Assembly (NCBI GenBank): GCA_049512935.1
Contig: JBEKWR010000001.1
Location: 128,001-192,000 of the forward strand
Direction: 5' to 3'
Source of the DNA: Candidatus Bathyarchaeia archaeon
GTDB lineage: Archaea > Thermoproteota > Bathyarchaeia > Bathyarchaeales > Bathycorpusculaceae
Length of the DNA stretch: 64,000 nucleotides
Below are positions 61,178 through 64,000 of the stretch, piece by piece (the stretch's first letter is position 1; every line of letters starts with the position of its first letter). Below the pieces are notes generated by a model that saw only the letters and a list, made by a program, of their open reading frames with translations, was not told where the DNA came from and made no database searches. A program made the position numbers and the translations under genes.

Positions 61178-62127
61178 TAAATTGCGGTCTCCTCAGTGTT
61201 GTTTTCAATTAAATTCATGTAGGCTTCTTCAAGCGTAGGCATGTGAAGCTCCATCAAAGACAGGGGCGTTTTAATTTGACTTAGAATTTGCTGCGGCGTT
61301 TGCTGTTCAAAGCATACTTTGAACTTGCCATCTTCAGTGGTTTCAGGCTTAAAAGGCTCAAGCTGAGAACATAAATCACTGCGGTTATCTGCATCTAAAA
61401 GCAAATATTTTTCCATCAGTCGGTTTTTCATCTCTGCAGGTGTACCCAAAAAAACAATTTGACCACGGTTAACGATGCATACTCGGTCTGCGTTTTCAGC
61501 TTCCTCAATATAATGGGTTGACAGGAATATCGTAGTTTTTTGGGTTTTGCTTACCTTTCGCAAATAACTCCACAGGTCTCTACGGGAAACAGCATCTAAC
61601 CCCTGACTTGGCTCATCTAAAAACAACACCTTGGGCTTGTGCATCAAGCCTCGAATGATTTCCAGCTTACGCCTCATTCCGCCTGAGAAGGTTTTAAGAG
61701 GCTTAAACAAGTCTTCACGTAAGCCCATATAGTCAGCCATCTCCAGGACCTGATTTTGGTATTCCTGAGGCATGAGCCGAAAGAGCGGCTTGTAAGCGTA
61801 GACACCGTAAAGGTTTACGTGTAAACGAATATTTTCTTCAGCGGACAGGTGAAGGTCTAAACTTGGATTCTGGAAAATAATGCCTACATTCTGGCGGACT
61901 TCTTTTGCTTGAGTGTTTATGTCGTAGCCTGCGATTGTTACGTTTCCGCTTGTTTTTGCCAGTGTTGTAGTTAAGATTGATATTGTGGTTGTTTTTCCTG
62001 CTCCGTTGGGTCCGAGAAATGCGAAGAATTCGCCGGGGTGTACATCAAAGCTGATGTTGTTTACGGCTGCTTTCTCGGTTTTGCGGTAGCGTTTGGTTAA
62101 TTTTTCTACGTGTATGATTGACTGCAT
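61177..62127 (-). CDS. ABC exporter ATP-binding protein (DrrA-like)
   Basis: GPNGAGKT, FSGGM, LFLDEP, STH, PTLEE. Confidence 0.95.
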   Translation of the reverse strand: MQSIIHVEKLTKRYRKTEKAAVNNISFDVHPGEFFAFLGPNGAGKTTTISILTTTLAKTSGNVTIAGYDINTQAKEVRQNVGIIFQNPSLDLHLSAEENIRLHVNLYGVYAYKPLFRLMPQEYQNQVLEMADYMGLREDLFKPLKTFSGGMRRKLEIIRGLMHKPKVLFLDEPSQGLDAVSRRDLWSYLRKVSKTQKTTIFLSTHYIEEAENADRVCIVNRGQIVFLGTPAEMKNRLMEKYLLLDADNRSDLCSQLEPFKPETTEDGKFKVCFEQQTPQQILSQIKTPLSLMELHMPTLEEAYMNLIENNTEETAI

Positions 62128-62162
62128 TTTCCAGCCCTCATTTGTTTAATTGTTAAATTACC

Positions 62163-62217
62163 TTAACAACGTTAAATAAATACTTAACGCTGTTAAATAA
62201 TCAATTAACGTGGTTAA
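62163..62217. promoter_or_regulatory. Three TTAAC-N3-GTTAA operators at 21-bp spacing
   Basis: 62163-75, 62184-96, 62205-17, between the divergent tetR-like gene and the ABC operon. Confidence 0.75.
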
Positions 62218-62249
62218 GCATATAAACTGCCAACCCCCAATCAATAGCA

Positions 62250-62927
62250 ATGAAAACAAGAAAAACTAAGACGCCACACATACAACCTGACGCCGTCATA
62301 AAAGCAGCATTAGAAATACTAGACGCAGAAGGCCTAGAAAACGTAACCCTAAGACGCATAGCAGCAAAACTCAACGTACAAGCACCAGCCCTATACTGGC
62401 ATTTCAAAGACAAACAAGACATCACAGACGACATGGCACAAGCCATCCTTACAAATCCAAAACTCGAAAGCTTCACCGAACCAGCAAACATAAACCAATG
62501 GCCTCAGTGGTTAACTGACTTAATGCATTGTTTACGTAATTCACTAATTTCTCACAAAGATGGTGGACGTGTTGTTGCAGGAGCATCATTTGGTCGTGCT
62601 CACGCTTTAGAAAAAATCTTAATAAAAATTACTCGAGTTCTGCAAAAAGCTGGATTCGACAGGCTTCATGCAAGCTTAGCTGCTGCAACAACGATTGATT
62701 ATGTTTGGGGCTTTGTAATTGAAGAGCAGGCAGGCACTGAACCGGAAAAACTCATATCAGCTCCATCAAATCCTCAAGAAATTCAATCCATCAGGAATAC
62801 TTCAGAGGATGATGCATTTTTAAGCGCTGTAATGGAAGAATACCGCAAACTCACCCCTACAGAAATTTTTGACTGGGGCTTGCAGGTAATAATAAACGGC
62901 TTAAAGTTAGCCTTAGAGAGAAAATAG
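62250..62927 (+). CDS. TetR-family regulator
   Basis: TLRRIAAKLNVQAPALYWHFKDK; TetR_C-like GFVIEE...FDWGL. Confidence 0.93.
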   Translation: MKTRKTKTPHIQPDAVIKAALEILDAEGLENVTLRRIAAKLNVQAPALYWHFKDKQDITDDMAQAILTNPKLESFTEPANINQWPQWLTDLMHCLRNSLISHKDGGRVVAGASFGRAHALEKILIKITRVLQKAGFDRLHASLAAATTIDYVWGFVIEEQAGTEPEKLISAPSNPQEIQSIRNTSEDDAFLSAVMEEYRKLTPTEIFDWGLQVIINGLKLALERK

Positions 62928-63064
62928 CACCATTTTGTCTCTTGGCCATTTATTCTTGTGTTTTAGGCAACCCAACCAAACGTGAATAAAACAAATGGTT
63001 CTGTAAACTCTTTAGACACGGTCACCAGTTCCGCTCCGATGTTTTTTCAAATTTCTTTTCAAAA

Positions 63065-63092
63065 GGATTCATTTAATATATTAAGAGAATCC
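63065..63092. repeat. 28-bp imperfect palindrome adjacent to the tRNA 3' end
   Basis: GGATTCATTTAATATATTAAGAGAATCC; 25/28 identical to 60165-60192. Confidence 0.8.
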
Positions 63093-63094
63093 GA

Positions 63095-63173
63095 TGGCGG
63101 GCCCGCTGGGATTTGAACCCAGGATTCTCGGCTCCGGAGGCCGATGCCTTAATCCGTGCTAGACTACGAGCCC
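63095..63173 (-). tRNA. tRNA-Arg(CCG), CCA encoded
   Basis: GGGCTCG acceptor, TCGGC-CT-CCG-GA-GCCGA anticodon arm, GGTTCAAATCC T-loop, ends GCCA. Confidence 0.97.
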
Positions 63174-63217
63174 ACATTACAAGCAAACATAAACCCAGTT
63201 AATTTAAATCTAGCCGT

Positions 63218-63718
63218 TTACTCTTGAATTAATTCCTCGTCTATCCACCAAGCCTTCTTCTTGCCTGACCGCTCTCCCGCGTAATACTCGATGACTGATT
63301 TTCCAGCCTGTTTCCTGCTGGTCCTCTGGATGCGCCTCAGCCTGTTGAGCACGAGCCACCTGTTTGTTTTAAGGTACTCGGCAAGTTCAGGCGTTGTAGC
63401 GCTCTTGTAGTGCATCAGGTACTCCATGATTTTGTGGTCAACTTCGTCGATGCAGAAGCTGTGCGGGTTGGTTTTTCCATGCTGAAACGTCAGAAGCTCC
63501 AGGTCGGCAAGGTACTTCCTTATCTGCCCGAACTCAACCTCGATCTTGCCCATCCGCTCCTCCAAAGCCAAAACCTTGTCCGCCTTGGGTGTTTTCTCCA
63601 GTTTTTCGCTTATGGCCTCCCTGACAAAGCTGCTTCTGTCTCCTTCGGGAACACGCAGAGCCATCTCCCGGTAGACTTCTTCAGGAATCTTCACCGAAAT
63701 TACCCTCATTTCACTCAA
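63218..63718 (-). CDS. RHH - coiled coil - wHTH regulator
   Basis: VISVKIPEE..RSSFVREAI; TTPELAEYL..NRW. Confidence 0.82.
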   Translation of the reverse strand: MSEMRVISVKIPEEVYREMALRVPEGDRSSFVREAISEKLEKTPKADKVLALEERMGKIEVEFGQIRKYLADLELLTFQHGKTNPHSFCIDEVDHKIMEYLMHYKSATTPELAEYLKTNRWLVLNRLRRIQRTSRKQAGKSVIEYYAGERSGKKKAWWIDEELIQE

Positions 63719-63829
63719 CGCAGCGCTCGCCTCACAAACGACATATTTAACACTACAATATTATGTTTTTTCCATCCTGTCGCCCTAAACTTGAAAAAAA
63801 TTTAAATGCGATGCCAGAAAAGCTAAGGT

Positions 63830-64000
63830 TTACTCGGGAGAGACAGGTTGACCAGCCAGCGCAGCTAATGCTATGTAGCGCTGCTCCACAATTTCATGCA
63901 GTTGCCTGCGAAGATCCTCGCCAGCTAAGTTTTTCTCCTTCAAAACTGCGACTTCTTTCGCCAGCTCCATGTCGCCGAGCCCGTTGAACCATGCTACGAA
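63830..64000 (-). CDS. DUF5752-like protein, C-terminal part (5' truncated by window)
   Basis: F.AWF..LGD.ELAK.V......GEDLR..L..IV..R. Confidence 0.65.
   Translation of the reverse strand, partial: FVAWFNGLGDMELAKEVAVLKEKNLAGEDLRRQLHEIVEQRYIALAALAGQPVSPE

Noticed and set aside
319-63987. Many antisense or alternate-frame ORFs in the six-frame track
   Set aside because: They overlap well-supported genes and show no recognisable motifs; treated as shadow ORFs.

Overview
Archaeal chromosomal window. Gene content and order (fen1, aEF1-beta, cdc48, truD, psmB, TFE-beta, KEOPS genes, rps15-DHH-pcc1, a ribophorin-I-like protein) fit a TACK lineage, most likely Bathyarchaeia (inference). About 1-26 kb is mostly housekeeping. 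About 26-51 kb is a redox/stress neighbourhood: CopA, PDO, OsmC, FprA, rubrerythrin, SOD, disulfide reductase-glutaredoxin-FDR, peroxiredoxin, ferritin-like, DUF2795 and four KGG hydrophilins. About 51-63 kb is accessory DNA next to tRNA-Arg(CCG). Most notable signals read directly from the sequence: (1) a 1.7-kb transposase-free cassette (34647-36341) with 19-bp perfect terminal inverted repeats and a 9-bp target duplication, carrying a C39-like cysteine protease plus an unknown partner; (2) integrase-free islets stacked at tRNA-Arg, bounded by tRNA 3' remnants and a repeated 28-bp palindrome, one carrying a SelO-like/kinase-fold operon; (3) a synonymously diverged duplicate of the fen1 5' end; (4) a duplicated KGG hydrophilin array; (5) a structured ncRNA candidate upstream of rps15. 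All family calls come from motif recognition by eye, not database searches.
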